From positions 320,001-384,000 of the forward strand of contig CAWFCQ010000004.1 in assembly GCA_963814375.1 (NCBI GenBank): a DNA stretch of 64,000 nt, given 5' to 3'. A program made the position numbers and the translations under genes. Shown here piece by piece: positions 34,364 to 43,748 of the stretch. Every line of letters begins with the position of its first letter. The stretch's first letter is position 1. The stretch comes from an uncultured Chloroflexia bacterium (lineage in GTDB: Bacteria > Chloroflexota > Limnocylindria > QHBO01). The notes beneath the pieces are model-generated. The model searched no databases, had not been told where the DNA came from, and saw only the letters and a list, made by a program, of their open reading frames with translations.

Positions 34364-35662
34364 ATGTCCGACAACCCCCGCGTGATCGATCTCACCGCGC
34401 CGTCCGAGCGCGCCTTCCTCATCGGACTCGACGATCCCCGTGACGGGCGCTGGCCGGTCAGTCGATCGCTGGCCGAGCTTGCCGCACTGGCCGAGACGGC
34501 GGGAGCCACCGTCGTCGGCTCCGCCACCCAGCGCCGCTCCAGCGCCGATCCGGTGTGGTACTTCGGGAAGGGCCGTGCCGCCGAGCTCGTTGACGAGAAG
34601 GCCGCGACCGACTTCAACCTGCTCGTCGTCGACGACGAGCTCGATCCGAACCAGCAGCGAGCCCTGGAGAAGCTGCTCAACTGCAAGGTGCTCGATCGAT
34701 CGGCGCTGATCATCGACATCTTCGCGCGCCACGCGACGACGAAGGAGGGACGCCTCCAGGTCGAGCTGGCCGCGCTCGAGTACCACCTGCCGCGTCTGAC
34801 CCGGCTGTGGACCCACCTTTCACGCACCGGCGGCGGAATCGGGACCCGCGGCCCGGGCGAGAGCCAGCTCGAGACTGACCGACGCCTCATCCGCGAGCGG
34901 ATCAAGAAGGTCAAGGGCGATCTCGCGGATGTGAAGCGCCATCGCGCCACGGCGGCGCGCAACCGGGATCGCAACGAGGTCGCGGGCGTGGCGCTGGTCG
35001 GCTACACCAACGCCGGCAAGAGCTCGCTTCTCAACGCGCTCGCCGATGCCGACCTGTACGCGGCGGACATGCTGTTCGCCACGCTGGATCCGACCAGCCG
35101 CCAGGTGACCCTGCCCTCGGGTCGCGCGGTGGTCATCACCGATACCGTGGGATTCATCAACAAGCTCCCGCACGACCTCGTCGATGCCTTCCGAGCCACG
35201 CTCGAGGAGGTGATGCGCGCCGACCTGCTGCTCGAGGTCGTCGACGCCGCCGATCCGGACTTCCTCGGCCAGCAGGCCGCCGTGCAGGAGGTGCTCGACG
35301 AGCTCGGCGCAGGAGACAAGCCGCGCATCACCGTCTTCAACAAGATCGACCTGCTCCCGATCGATGCCGGCCCCGCCCCGGCGGGGGAGTGGAGCGCCTT
35401 CGTCAGCGCCGTGACCGGCCAGGGCATCGACACGCTGCGCGAGCGCATCGGCGACGCGCTCCGGAGCTCGATGGTGGCGGTCGACGCCGTCATTCCGTAC
35501 GAGCGCGGCGAGCTCGTGGCCCGGGCGCGAACCGCCGGCGACGTCGAGGAACGCTACGAGGCCGCCGGCGTACGCGTCAGCGGGCATCTGCCGTCGTCGA
35601 TCGCGGGCGAGCTGACGGCCGCCGCCCGAAACGGACGGCGCCGACCCGCCGCCCCGCGCTGA
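34364..35662 (+). CDS. hflX: GTPase HflX
   Basis: EGRLQVELA, GPGESQLETDRR, GYTNAGKS, FATLD, DTVGFI, NKID. Confidence 0.96.
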   Translation: MSDNPRVIDLTAPSERAFLIGLDDPRDGRWPVSRSLAELAALAETAGATVVGSATQRRSSADPVWYFGKGRAAELVDEKAATDFNLLVVDDELDPNQQRALEKLLNCKVLDRSALIIDIFARHATTKEGRLQVELAALEYHLPRLTRLWTHLSRTGGGIGTRGPGESQLETDRRLIRERIKKVKGDLADVKRHRATAARNRDRNEVAGVALVGYTNAGKSSLLNALADADLYAADMLFATLDPTSRQVTLPSGRAVVITDTVGFINKLPHDLVDAFRATLEEVMRADLLLEVVDAADPDFLGQQAAVQEVLDELGAGDKPRITVFNKIDLLPIDAGPAPAGEWSAFVSAVTGQGIDTLRERIGDALRSSMVAVDAVIPYERGELVARARTAGDVEERYEAAGVRVSGHLPSSIAGELTAAARNGRRRPAAPR

Positions 35663-35667
35663 CGCCG

Positions 35668-37044
35668 GTGGTGCAGGACCCTGCGCGGCGGGAGGCGCTG
35701 CTGGAGATGGCCGCGCGCGAGCTTGCCGCCGCAGATGACTTTTTCGCGGCCATCGCCGCCGAGCCCGCCCTCGATCGCGAGCTCGAACGCCGCCTGGTGG
35801 GGCCGGCAACCCCGCTCATCCCCACGCTGGCAGCCTGGGACGACGCCCCGCCCGAGGCGGCCGCCCTCCTGGAGGCCAACGCCGAGAATGCCGCACGGCT
35901 GGGATCTGTCATCGGTGACGAGTGGCCCGGCCTGCGGCAGGTGGGGCCGGACGCGGTCGACGCCGCCTGGATCCTGGCCCAGCATCTCGATCGCGCCAAC
36001 GAGGAGCGGCGCGCCTGGCTGCCGCTGCTCGAGCGCGCGGTGGAGAGCGGCGATGCCGATCCGCGTCACCTCGCCACCCTCGCCGACCGCATCGCGGTAG
36101 TGGCGGGCGAGCCACAGCGGTACGGCACCATCGTGGTGCTTGCCGACGACGGCGAGCCGGAGTTTCCCCTGCCGGTGGCGGATGCCGGGCACCTCGACGA
36201 GCGGCGTGCCGCCATCGGCCTTCCGACCGTTCGCGCCGAGGCGCCGCATCTCGGGGACGGCGACCTCGTTCCGTACGGCCCGGACCGCGGATCGGTGCCG
36301 GTCAACCAGTGGCCATTGGTGGTCGAGGGCCACATCTCGGTCGAGGCCGTGCTCGAGGGTGGCGCGCGCCACGTCCACCGCGTGTGGGCCGTCCGGCCGG
36401 GGGATCGGCGACTCGGTCGCCTGCGTGCCCTCGCGCGCGAGCGAGGTGTCCTGATCGATGAGGTCGACGCGGCCACCATCGACGGCATCGCCAGCGGACG
36501 CAGCCATGGCGGTGTCATCGGGCTCGTCGGACCGCGAGGCGATCGCTCGGTCGGCGAGCTCGTCGCGGAGGTGGGGGAGGGGTCACTCATCGTCATGCTC
36601 GACGGCATCGAGGACCCCTTCAACTTCGGGCAGGCCGCGCGTGCCCTCTACGCCGCCGGGGTCGACGGCCTCGTCGTACGCAGGCACTGGGAGACCGCGG
36701 TCACGACGGTCACGCGGGCGTCGGCTGGTGCCAGCGAGCTGCTGCCGACCGCCATCGCGAGCGGGCCAGAGGAGGCGGCTGCCATCTGCCGCCGTACCGG
36801 GATGCGGATCGCCGTTGCCGTCGCCGGCGCTGATGCGACCGAGCTTCACGCAGCCGACCTGCGCGGCGGGATCTTCCTGCTGATCGGCGGCGAGCGGCGC
36901 GGGGTGACGCGCTCATTCGTGGAGGACGCCGATGTGCGTCTGAGGATCGGCTACGGCCGCGATCGGGCGCCGGACCTGGGTGCGGCCACCGCAGCCGCGA
37001 TCATCGCCTTCGAGGCGCTCCGCCAGCGCCGAAAGCCGGACTAG
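35668..37044 (+). CDS. DUF6624-like domain fused to a TrmH/RlmB (SPOUT) RNA methyltransferase
   Basis: WPG..VG...AAWILAQH, LADRIAV...QRYGT, DERRAAIGL; then LDGIEDPFNFG, RASAGA, IGGERRG. Confidence 0.8.
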   Translation: MVQDPARREALLEMAARELAAADDFFAAIAAEPALDRELERRLVGPATPLIPTLAAWDDAPPEAAALLEANAENAARLGSVIGDEWPGLRQVGPDAVDAAWILAQHLDRANEERRAWLPLLERAVESGDADPRHLATLADRIAVVAGEPQRYGTIVVLADDGEPEFPLPVADAGHLDERRAAIGLPTVRAEAPHLGDGDLVPYGPDRGSVPVNQWPLVVEGHISVEAVLEGGARHVHRVWAVRPGDRRLGRLRALARERGVLIDEVDAATIDGIASGRSHGGVIGLVGPRGDRSVGELVAEVGEGSLIVMLDGIEDPFNFGQAARALYAAGVDGLVVRRHWETAVTTVTRASAGASELLPTAIASGPEEAAAICRRTGMRIAVAVAGADATELHAADLRGGIFLLIGGERRGVTRSFVEDADVRLRIGYGRDRAPDLGAATAAAIIAFEALRQRRKPD

Positions 37045-37283
37045 AAGACGCGGCGGCCGGCGAGGCGGTCGGTGGCGGGCGCCACGGCGCTCGAGCCGGC
37101 TCGGTGCCGCACCCGTTCGCGAATGGCCAGTCCGGCCACCAGGTACAGCGCGGCGAGCGCGATGAGCAGGCCGTAGCCGACCAGCAGGGGTCCGAGCTCG
37201 TCGCCGATGGCCGTGCCACCGACGAGCCCGAGGCTGCCGAGTGCCAGGGCGGCGACCGCCATTGACCACATCCGTTGTCGCAT
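37041..37283 (-). CDS. Small two-TM hypothetical protein
   Basis: Two hydrophobic stretches; TAGGCT 6 nt before the ATG. Confidence 0.6.
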   Translation of the reverse strand: MRQRMWSMAVAALALGSLGLVGGTAIGDELGPLLVGYGLLIALAALYLVAGLAIRERVRHRAGSSAVAPATDRLAGRRVF

Positions 37284-37432
37284 GCGGGCAGCCTACGCGC
37301 GCGGAAGCGCGCACCTCATGGGACTTTCGGGTCATCCCGACAGGACCCTTGGCGCGCGCGGCTACTCAGCCGACATCGCCGACCGACTTCCGCAAATGAT
37401 AGTTATGTGATGTAGAACAGCCGGATCGGTGC

Positions 37433-37804
37433 CTATTCCTGCGGAATCATCTGCTGGCAGGCCCACGTGTTCCCGTCCGGGTCGCTGAAGTACACGAACC
37501 AGCCCCACGGCTGCTTGTCGACGTCGCTGGCGTCGACGCCGCGGCCGCGGAGCTCGTCGCGCAGCGCCTCGGCGTCGTCGACGACGAGCTGCAGGCCCTT
37601 CTGCGACCCGGGCGGCATGTCGGTGACGCCGGTGCCGATCGTGATGGAGCAGGCCGAGCCTGGCGGCGTGAGCTGCACGAATCGGAGCGTGTCGGTGACG
37701 ACGTGGTCGTGGTCGGCGTTGAAGCCGACCTGGTCGACGTAGAACGCCTTGGCACGGTCGACGTCGGAAACGGGAACGGCAACGAGTTCGAGCTTCATGT
37801 CCAT
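37433..37804 (-). CDS. VOC/glyoxalase family protein
   Basis: MKLELVAVPVSDVDRAKAFY, FVQLTPPGS, FSDPDGN. Confidence 0.9.
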   Translation of the reverse strand: MDMKLELVAVPVSDVDRAKAFYVDQVGFNADHDHVVTDTLRFVQLTPPGSACSITIGTGVTDMPPGSQKGLQLVVDDAEALRDELRGRGVDASDVDKQPWGWFVYFSDPDGNTWACQQMIPQE

Positions 37805-37953
37805 GGCGCCCATGCTAGCGGGCGTCCAGCTGCGGTCCCAGGCCGGGATGTTCCGCGTCGCACCACACCCACACCGCTGACGCAGGATGGGTCGATCGGC
37901 ATCGACGGCGAAGTCGATCGTGCTCCACGCATGCCGGTGCGTCGCCACCTGCG

Positions 37954-38955
37954 CTACCCGGCGTCTCCGCCCTCGGACTCGGTCAGCGTGGTGGGCGCGC
38001 CGTGGACCGCCGGAATCGAGCCGAGACGCCCGGCCTGGTAGTCGGTGAAGGCCTGCATGACCTCTTCGCGCGTGTTCATGACGAACGGGCCGGCCCACGC
38101 CACCGGCTCGCGAATCGGCCGGCCGCCGAGGATGAGCAGATCGAGGTTCGGGCTGCGCGACTCCTGTCGCGCGGCGGCATTGGCACGCAGGACGTTGCCT
38201 GCGCCGTAGACGACGAGCTGGCCCGTCTGGACGGCGGTGCGCTCTGCACCGACCGAGCCGTGACCGGCCAGGACGTAGACGAGCGCGTTGTAGTCGGCGC
38301 GCCAGGGCAGAACGAGCTCGGCCTCGGGGCTGAGCGTGGCATGCAGCAGCGTCATCGGCGTGTAGGTCGAGCCGGGACCAGCGTGGCCATCCAGCTCGCC
38401 GGCGATCACGCGCACCAGCGCTCCCCCGTCGGCAGATGCGAGCAGGGCAACCTCGCCGGCACGGATGTCCTGGTAGCGCGGCGGCGACCACTTCTGCGCC
38501 GCCGGCAGGTTGACCCACAGCTGGATGCCGTGGAACAGCCCACCGCTGACGACGAGCGCCTCGGGCGGCTTCTCGATGTGCAGGATCCCCGCGCCGGCGG
38601 TCATCCACTGCGTGTCGCCGTTGGTGATCACTCCCCCGCCGCCGTTCGAGTCGCTGTGCTCGAAGGTGCCATCCATCATGTACGTGACGGTCTCGAATCC
38701 GCGGTGCGGGTGCCAGGGCGTGCCCTTCGGCTCGCCCGGCGCGTATTCGACCTCGCCCATCTGGTCCATGTGGACGAACGGATCAAGGGCTCCGAGGTCC
38801 ACTCCGTGGAACGCGCGACGCACCGGGAATCCCTCGCCCTCGAAGCCGCGCGGCGCGCTCGTCAGACCCACGACGGGGCGTTCACGCGCGACCGCGGGAT
38901 CCGGCGCCCCGACGCGCGGCAGAACGGAGATGTCGTCGACGGTGATCGCTGGCAT
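37954..38955 (-). CDS. Pirin family protein
   Basis: HPHRGFETVTY, QWMTAGAGILHIE, QLWVNLP, GPFVMNT. Confidence 0.95.
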   Translation of the reverse strand: MPAITVDDISVLPRVGAPDPAVARERPVVGLTSAPRGFEGEGFPVRRAFHGVDLGALDPFVHMDQMGEVEYAPGEPKGTPWHPHRGFETVTYMMDGTFEHSDSNGGGGVITNGDTQWMTAGAGILHIEKPPEALVVSGGLFHGIQLWVNLPAAQKWSPPRYQDIRAGEVALLASADGGALVRVIAGELDGHAGPGSTYTPMTLLHATLSPEAELVLPWRADYNALVYVLAGHGSVGAERTAVQTGQLVVYGAGNVLRANAAARQESRSPNLDLLILGGRPIREPVAWAGPFVMNTREEVMQAFTDYQAGRLGSIPAVHGAPTTLTESEGGDAG

Positions 38956-38974
38956 GGACGAAGGTTACCACCAG

Positions 38975-38994
38975 ATAGTTGCGTATGCAACTAT
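38975..38994. promoter_or_regulatory. Palindromic operator (MarR-like) upstream of pirin
   Basis: ATAGTTGC-GTAT-GCAACTAT just upstream of the TAACCT -10 box. Confidence 0.6.
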
Positions 38995-39650
38995 GTCAGA
39001 TGGGCAGTCCCCCAGTAGAACGGGCCGGCCGCCGTTACCGATGCCGTCCACCCCAGCGCAGCGAGCCGCGCCTCCAGGTCGGACGGCCGGTAGATGACCT
39101 TGATGGCCCGATGCACGCTGCCGTCGGTCAGCGGCCGCCGCACGATGCCGGCTTCGCGATCGATCCAGTCCTCCTCCCACAGGCCGTGATCGGCCTCGTC
39201 GACGATGAAGACACGCCCGCCGGGCGCCAGAAGCGCCTCCAGCGAGCCCCAGAAGGCCGCAAACCGGTCTGGAGGCACGTGGGACAGGAAGAAGCCGAAG
39301 ACGACCGCGTCGAAGCTGCTGCGCAGGTCCGGCGCGAACGCGTCCGCCACCTGGTAGCTGACGTTCTGTCGCTCCCCCACCCTGGCACGGTTGAGCTCGA
39401 GCATCTCTGGTGACGCGTCGGTGACGAGCAGCTCGTTCGCGTGGCCCGCCAGCTGAGCCGTCCACTGTCCGGTCCCGGCCGCCAGCTCCAGCACTCGACC
39501 ACGCGGCGCGAACGCATCGAGCGCATGTCGGACGGCCAGGATGTGCTCGGCGAACGGCTCCCCGTCCATCGGCGCGGTGGCGTCGTACTCGGCGGCCCGA
39601 GCGCGGTAATACGCGATCTGCTCGTCGATGAGGGCGCGATCGTCGGTCAT
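38991..39650 (-). CDS. Class I SAM-dependent methyltransferase
   Basis: YYRARAAEYD, VLELAAGTG, FFLSHVP. Confidence 0.9.
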   Translation of the reverse strand: MTDDRALIDEQIAYYRARAAEYDATAPMDGEPFAEHILAVRHALDAFAPRGRVLELAAGTGQWTAQLAGHANELLVTDASPEMLELNRARVGERQNVSYQVADAFAPDLRSSFDAVVFGFFLSHVPPDRFAAFWGSLEALLAPGGRVFIVDEADHGLWEEDWIDREAGIVRRPLTDGSVHRAIKVIYRPSDLEARLAALGWTASVTAAGPFYWGTAHLT

Positions 39651-40027
39651 CAGCGACGCTCCGCGGGAACCCCCAGCGTGATCGCCGAGGCGACGGTGGC
39701 GGTGGCGAGGGCGAGGGCCTGGCCGGCGCTCAGCGCGCCGTCGCCGCCGAACATCTCGGTCGCGGCGCTGGGAATGGCGGCCAGCACGATGGGGATGAGC
39801 GTCCAGCCCAGGACCAGGACGGTGGGGGCCGTCGCGCCCGGCAGCCGGAGCATCCGCGTCGCCACCGCGACGAGGACGCCGAGGAAGGCGGAGAGCAGCA
39901 GGATGAGGATGGTGGCCGGCTGGTCGCGCGCTCCCGATGCCTGGACGAGCTCCACGATCCCCTGGTAGATGACGGTGACCCCGAGGGCGAGGAGGAGGCC
40001 GAGGACGGCGGAGCGGGCACCGCTCAT
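39650..40027 (-). CDS. Hypothetical membrane protein (about 4 TM)
   Basis: Hydrophobic ORF coupled to murC and to the methyltransferase. Confidence 0.65.
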   Translation of the reverse strand: MSGARSAVLGLLLALGVTVIYQGIVELVQASGARDQPATILILLLSAFLGVLVAVATRMLRLPGATAPTVLVLGWTLIPIVLAAIPSAATEMFGGDGALSAGQALALATATVASAITLGVPAERR

Positions 40028-41430
40028 GCCGGAGCTCCCGCGACGCGTTCCGCGACGCCGCGTGCGATGCGATAGGACTTGCCGGCGCCCATCACCAGCA
40101 CGGCATCGCCGCCGGCGAGATGGTCCGCGACATATGCCGTCGTTGCGTCGACATCACCGGTCGCGATGGTCGGGACGCCCGAGGTCCGCTCGATCGCATC
40201 GGCCAGGGCCTCGGCGGAGGTGGCGGCCATCGCCTCGGGCGTGTCGCGGCTGGCGAAGATGTCGGCGATGACGACCTCGTCGGCATCGGTGAAGGCGGTG
40301 GCGAACTCCTCGAGCAGGAGCGCGGTGCGCGAGTACATGTGCGGCTCGAAGACGGCCCACAGGCGGCGGTCGCGGCCCACCTTCTGCCGGACGGCCGCCA
40401 GGGCGGCGCGCACCTCGGTCGGGTGGTGCCCGTAGTCGTCGTAGATCGTCACGCTCGGAGTATCGACGATCAGCTCCATCCGGCGCCCGGCTCCGGCGAA
40501 CGAGGCAAGTCCGGAAGCCACCGCGTCGAGGTCGGCGCCGAGCTCGTGCGCCACGATCACGGCGGCGGTGGCGTTGAGCACGTTATGAGCGCCGGCCAGG
40601 CTCATCTCGAAGCGATGGTCGAGCAGGGTGAACCCGGTCGTCTGCATCCCGAGCTCGACCTCGGTCGCCTCGATCTCACCTGCGGGCCCGTAGCGCACCA
40701 CGCGCCCGTCCCAGCCAGCCAGGCGCTCGACGAGCGCCGCGGCGCCCGGGTCCGCGGCGGCGGTCACCAGCAGCCGCCCGCCTGTGGCGTCGGTTCCCAT
40801 GCCGCGCACGAAACGCTCGAACGAGGCCATCACGGCGTCCGTGTCGGCGAAGTAGTCGGGGTGATCCATCTCCACGTTGGTGACGATCGCGACGGCGGGG
40901 TGGTAGTTGAGGAAGTTGTCGCCGAACTCGTCCGCCTCGACAACGAACGGTGCGCCGGAGCCCGCGCGCACGGACGCGCCCCAGGCGCCGATGAACGCTC
41001 CGACCTCGACCGTCGGGTCCATGCCCGCCGATGCGAGCAGGTGGCCCAGCAGCGCGGTGGTCGTCGACTTGCCGTGCGTGCCCGTCACACCGATGCCGAC
41101 CCGTCCGGGAGCCGCCATCAGCTCGCCGAGCAGCGCCTGCCAGGTCACGACCGGGATCCCGGCCCGCTCGGCGGCGCGCAGCTCGTCGTGGTGCGGCACG
41201 GCGCGGAGGGCGGGCGTGATCGCCACCCGATCGACGCCCGCAACGTGCGTGGCGTCGTGACCCCGCACCCAGCCGATCCCGGCCGCGTCGAGCGGCGGTG
41301 TGTACGGAGACGGCGCATCCGCGTCGCACCCGTCGACCCGCGCTCCGGCGTGATGGAGCAGGAGCGCCGCCCCGGCCGCTCCCGAGCCGGCGATGCCGAT
41401 GACGTGGATCCGCTCTCCGGGATTCATCAC
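40024..41430 (-). CDS. murC: UDP-N-acetylmuramate--L-alanine ligase (MurC/Mpl family)
   Basis: IGIAGSG, GTHGKSTT, VEADE, MDHPD, DDYGHHPTE, FEPHMYSRT. Confidence 0.88.
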   Translation of the reverse strand: MMNPGERIHVIGIAGSGAAGAALLLHHAGARVDGCDADAPSPYTPPLDAAGIGWVRGHDATHVAGVDRVAITPALRAVPHHDELRAAERAGIPVVTWQALLGELMAAPGRVGIGVTGTHGKSTTTALLGHLLASAGMDPTVEVGAFIGAWGASVRAGSGAPFVVEADEFGDNFLNYHPAVAIVTNVEMDHPDYFADTDAVMASFERFVRGMGTDATGGRLLVTAAADPGAAALVERLAGWDGRVVRYGPAGEIEATEVELGMQTTGFTLLDHRFEMSLAGAHNVLNATAAVIVAHELGADLDAVASGLASFAGAGRRMELIVDTPSVTIYDDYGHHPTEVRAALAAVRQKVGRDRRLWAVFEPHMYSRTALLLEEFATAFTDADEVVIADIFASRDTPEAMAATSAEALADAIERTSGVPTIATGDVDATTAYVADHLAGGDAVLVMGAGKSYRIARGVAERVAGAPA

Positions 41431-41949
41431 CGGGATGCCTCAGACGTGACTCTCGCCGCGAGCTCGAGGACCGCCAGGACCGATGCGCGCTTGTTCCCGT
41501 CTCGGTCGAAGGGCCATTGGTGGCGCTCGACGATCGCCGGCCCGTCACGAAGCGCGGCTGCGACGTAGGTCAGTCCGACCGGCTTGTCAGGCGTGCCACC
41601 GTCGGGGCCGGCGATGCCGGTGACCGCGACGGCCAGGTGCGCCACCGGGAATCGCTCGAGCACGCCCGTGGTCATCTCCTCTGCCACCTCGGCCGACACG
41701 GCGCCGAGCCGCTCGATCTGCTCCTCCGAGACGTCCAGCAGCTCCGTCTTCGCCACGTTCGAGTAGGAGACGATGCCACCGAGGAAGTGGTCACTCGCCT
41801 TCGGAATCTGGGTGATGACGTGACCGACGAGCCCGCCGGTGCACGACTCGGCGGCGGCCATCTGCCATCCGCCGTTTCACGAGCGCGCGCCCCAGCCGCC
41901 GAGCGGCAGCCTCGAGGGCATCGTCGCCGGGAGGACGCGGCGACGGCAT
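41427..41949 (-). CDS. cinA: CinA C-terminal domain / NMN deamidase (frameshift near 41865)
   Basis: AESCTGG, SYSN..K, GAVS, TGIAGPDGG..KPVG. Confidence 0.85.
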
Positions 41950-41953
41950 CGGC

Positions 41954-42445
41954 CTAGCGGTAGTTGGTGAACTGGAGGGCGACCGGGTAGTCGAGGGCTC
42001 GCAGGTCGGCAATCACCGACTGGAGCTCGTCCTTGCTCTTGGCGGAGACCCGCACCGCCTCGCCCTGGATCACCGGCTTGGTCTTCGGGAACGCGTCGCG
42101 GATTCGCTTGCTGAGCTCCTTGGCCTGGTCGCTCGTCAGGCCGCGCTTGAGCGCGATCTCCTGGCGCACCGTGCCGCCCGCTGCCGGCTCGGGCTTGCCC
42201 CACGAGAAGATCTTCAGGCTCAGCCCGCGACGGACGGCCTTCGACTCGAGCAGGTCCTTCGCGGCGCCCGCGCGATACTCGTCGTCGGCGGTCAGCGTGA
42301 TGACGTCCGTGCCGAGCTCGAACCCGACCTTCGATCCCTTGAAGTCGTAGCGCGTCGCGATCTCGCGCCGGGCCTGGTCGAGCGCGTTCACCAGCTCCTG
42401 CTGGTCGAAGTCGCTCACGAGGTCGAACGATGACTCTCCTGCCAT
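41954..42445 (-). CDS. yajQ: YajQ family nucleotide/c-di-GMP-binding protein
   Basis: SFDLVS, RYDFKG, IQGEAVRV, KDELQ, QFTNYR. Confidence 0.95.
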   Translation of the reverse strand: MAGESSFDLVSDFDQQELVNALDQARREIATRYDFKGSKVGFELGTDVITLTADDEYRAGAAKDLLESKAVRRGLSLKIFSWGKPEPAAGGTVRQEIALKRGLTSDQAKELSKRIRDAFPKTKPVIQGEAVRVSAKSKDELQSVIADLRALDYPVALQFTNYR

Positions 42446-42454
42446 GGGACTCCC

Positions 42455-43748
42455 CTACTCCTCGTTTCGCGTGATCAGCCATTCGACGACCTGGCCGCTC
42501 GCGCCCATCGGCCCGATCCCGATCCCGTTGAGCGAGATCCTCACCGCACCCGCATTGCCCGCGCGGATGCGAAGCGAGTCATTGGCCGCGAGCGAGAACC
42601 GATCGCCCTCGGAGGCGATGCCGCCGGACACACCCGCGACGGGGTTCCCGTCCTGTTCGACTTCGAGGTACGACTCGCCTCCCGCGACCAGCAGCGTACC
42701 GCGCAAATCCTCGCCCGGCACAACGATGACGCGCCGCGTGAGGGGCTCCCCGCCCTCCGGGGTGACCGTCACATCCCACGTTCCGGCCGCGAGGCTCAGC
42801 TCGCCACTGAAGGCGCCCGTGCTCATCGGCCGCGAGCGCCAGCGGATCCGGCGCCGGCGGCGCGGGCGGGCGGATCGAGATAGGCGTGCCGGCCGGGTCG
42901 GTGATGGTGAAGGTCGGGATCGCCTGGCTTGCGAGCGCGGCGGTGACCTGGAGCGCCGATCCCGGCGCGGCCGTTCCGCCCAGGGCGACCGGACCGGTGA
43001 GGGTGGCGTCGGCCGCCGGCTGTGCCAGGACAAGCAGCCCGACCTCCGGCGACGGGCTCCCGGCGACATCGGTGACGACGACGACCGTGCGAAACTCCGG
43101 ATCGGATTCGCGTTCGGTCACCGGGTCGAAGGCCTCGATCTCGATGACGTTCGACCCAGGGAGCAGCCCGACCGTGACCTCGAAGCTCCCATCCTCATCG
43201 GCCTGCGCCGTCGGGTTCTCCGGAAGGCCCTTGATCGTCAGCGTGGCGTTGGGGGCGGTGACGCCGCGGATCGTGATCTCAGGCACGGGATGCTCGCTGA
43301 CGTTCCCGACGGGCTCGGTGATCCGCAGCTCGGGGGTTCGGGCGAAGTTGACGAATTCGTATCCGATCCACGCCACCAGGGCACCGACGCCGATGGTCAG
43401 CAGGGCGGCCACGACCGTACCCGGGGTGATGATGAATGTCCTGCGCCTGCGGACGGCCAGCGGTCGCGGCGGAGCCTGCGTCCGGCTCCGCTCGGCGGTC
43501 GTGGCCGACGTCTCGAGCCGATATAGGTCGATCAGGTACTCGGGATCGAGCGCCAGGTACGAGCCATAGTTGCGTAGGAAGCCCTTGGTGTAGACAGCTC
43601 CCGGGAGCTCACGATACTCGCCGCGCTCGAGCGCCGAGAGATAGCGTTCCCGGATCTTCGTCTCTCGCTCGACGCGGGCCAGGTCGACGCCCTTCGCTTC
43701 CCGGGCCGCTCGCAGGACCTCGCCGAGCTTGTGCGACTCCGAGCTCAC
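42455..43748 (-). CDS. rodZ: RodZ-like protein: HTH-TM-Ig-like-DUF4115 (frameshift near 42820)
   Basis: LGEVLRAARE, TKIRERYLSALE, YTKGFLRNY, TM segment, beta-rich repeats, C-terminal IRAGNAGAV. Confidence 0.75.
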
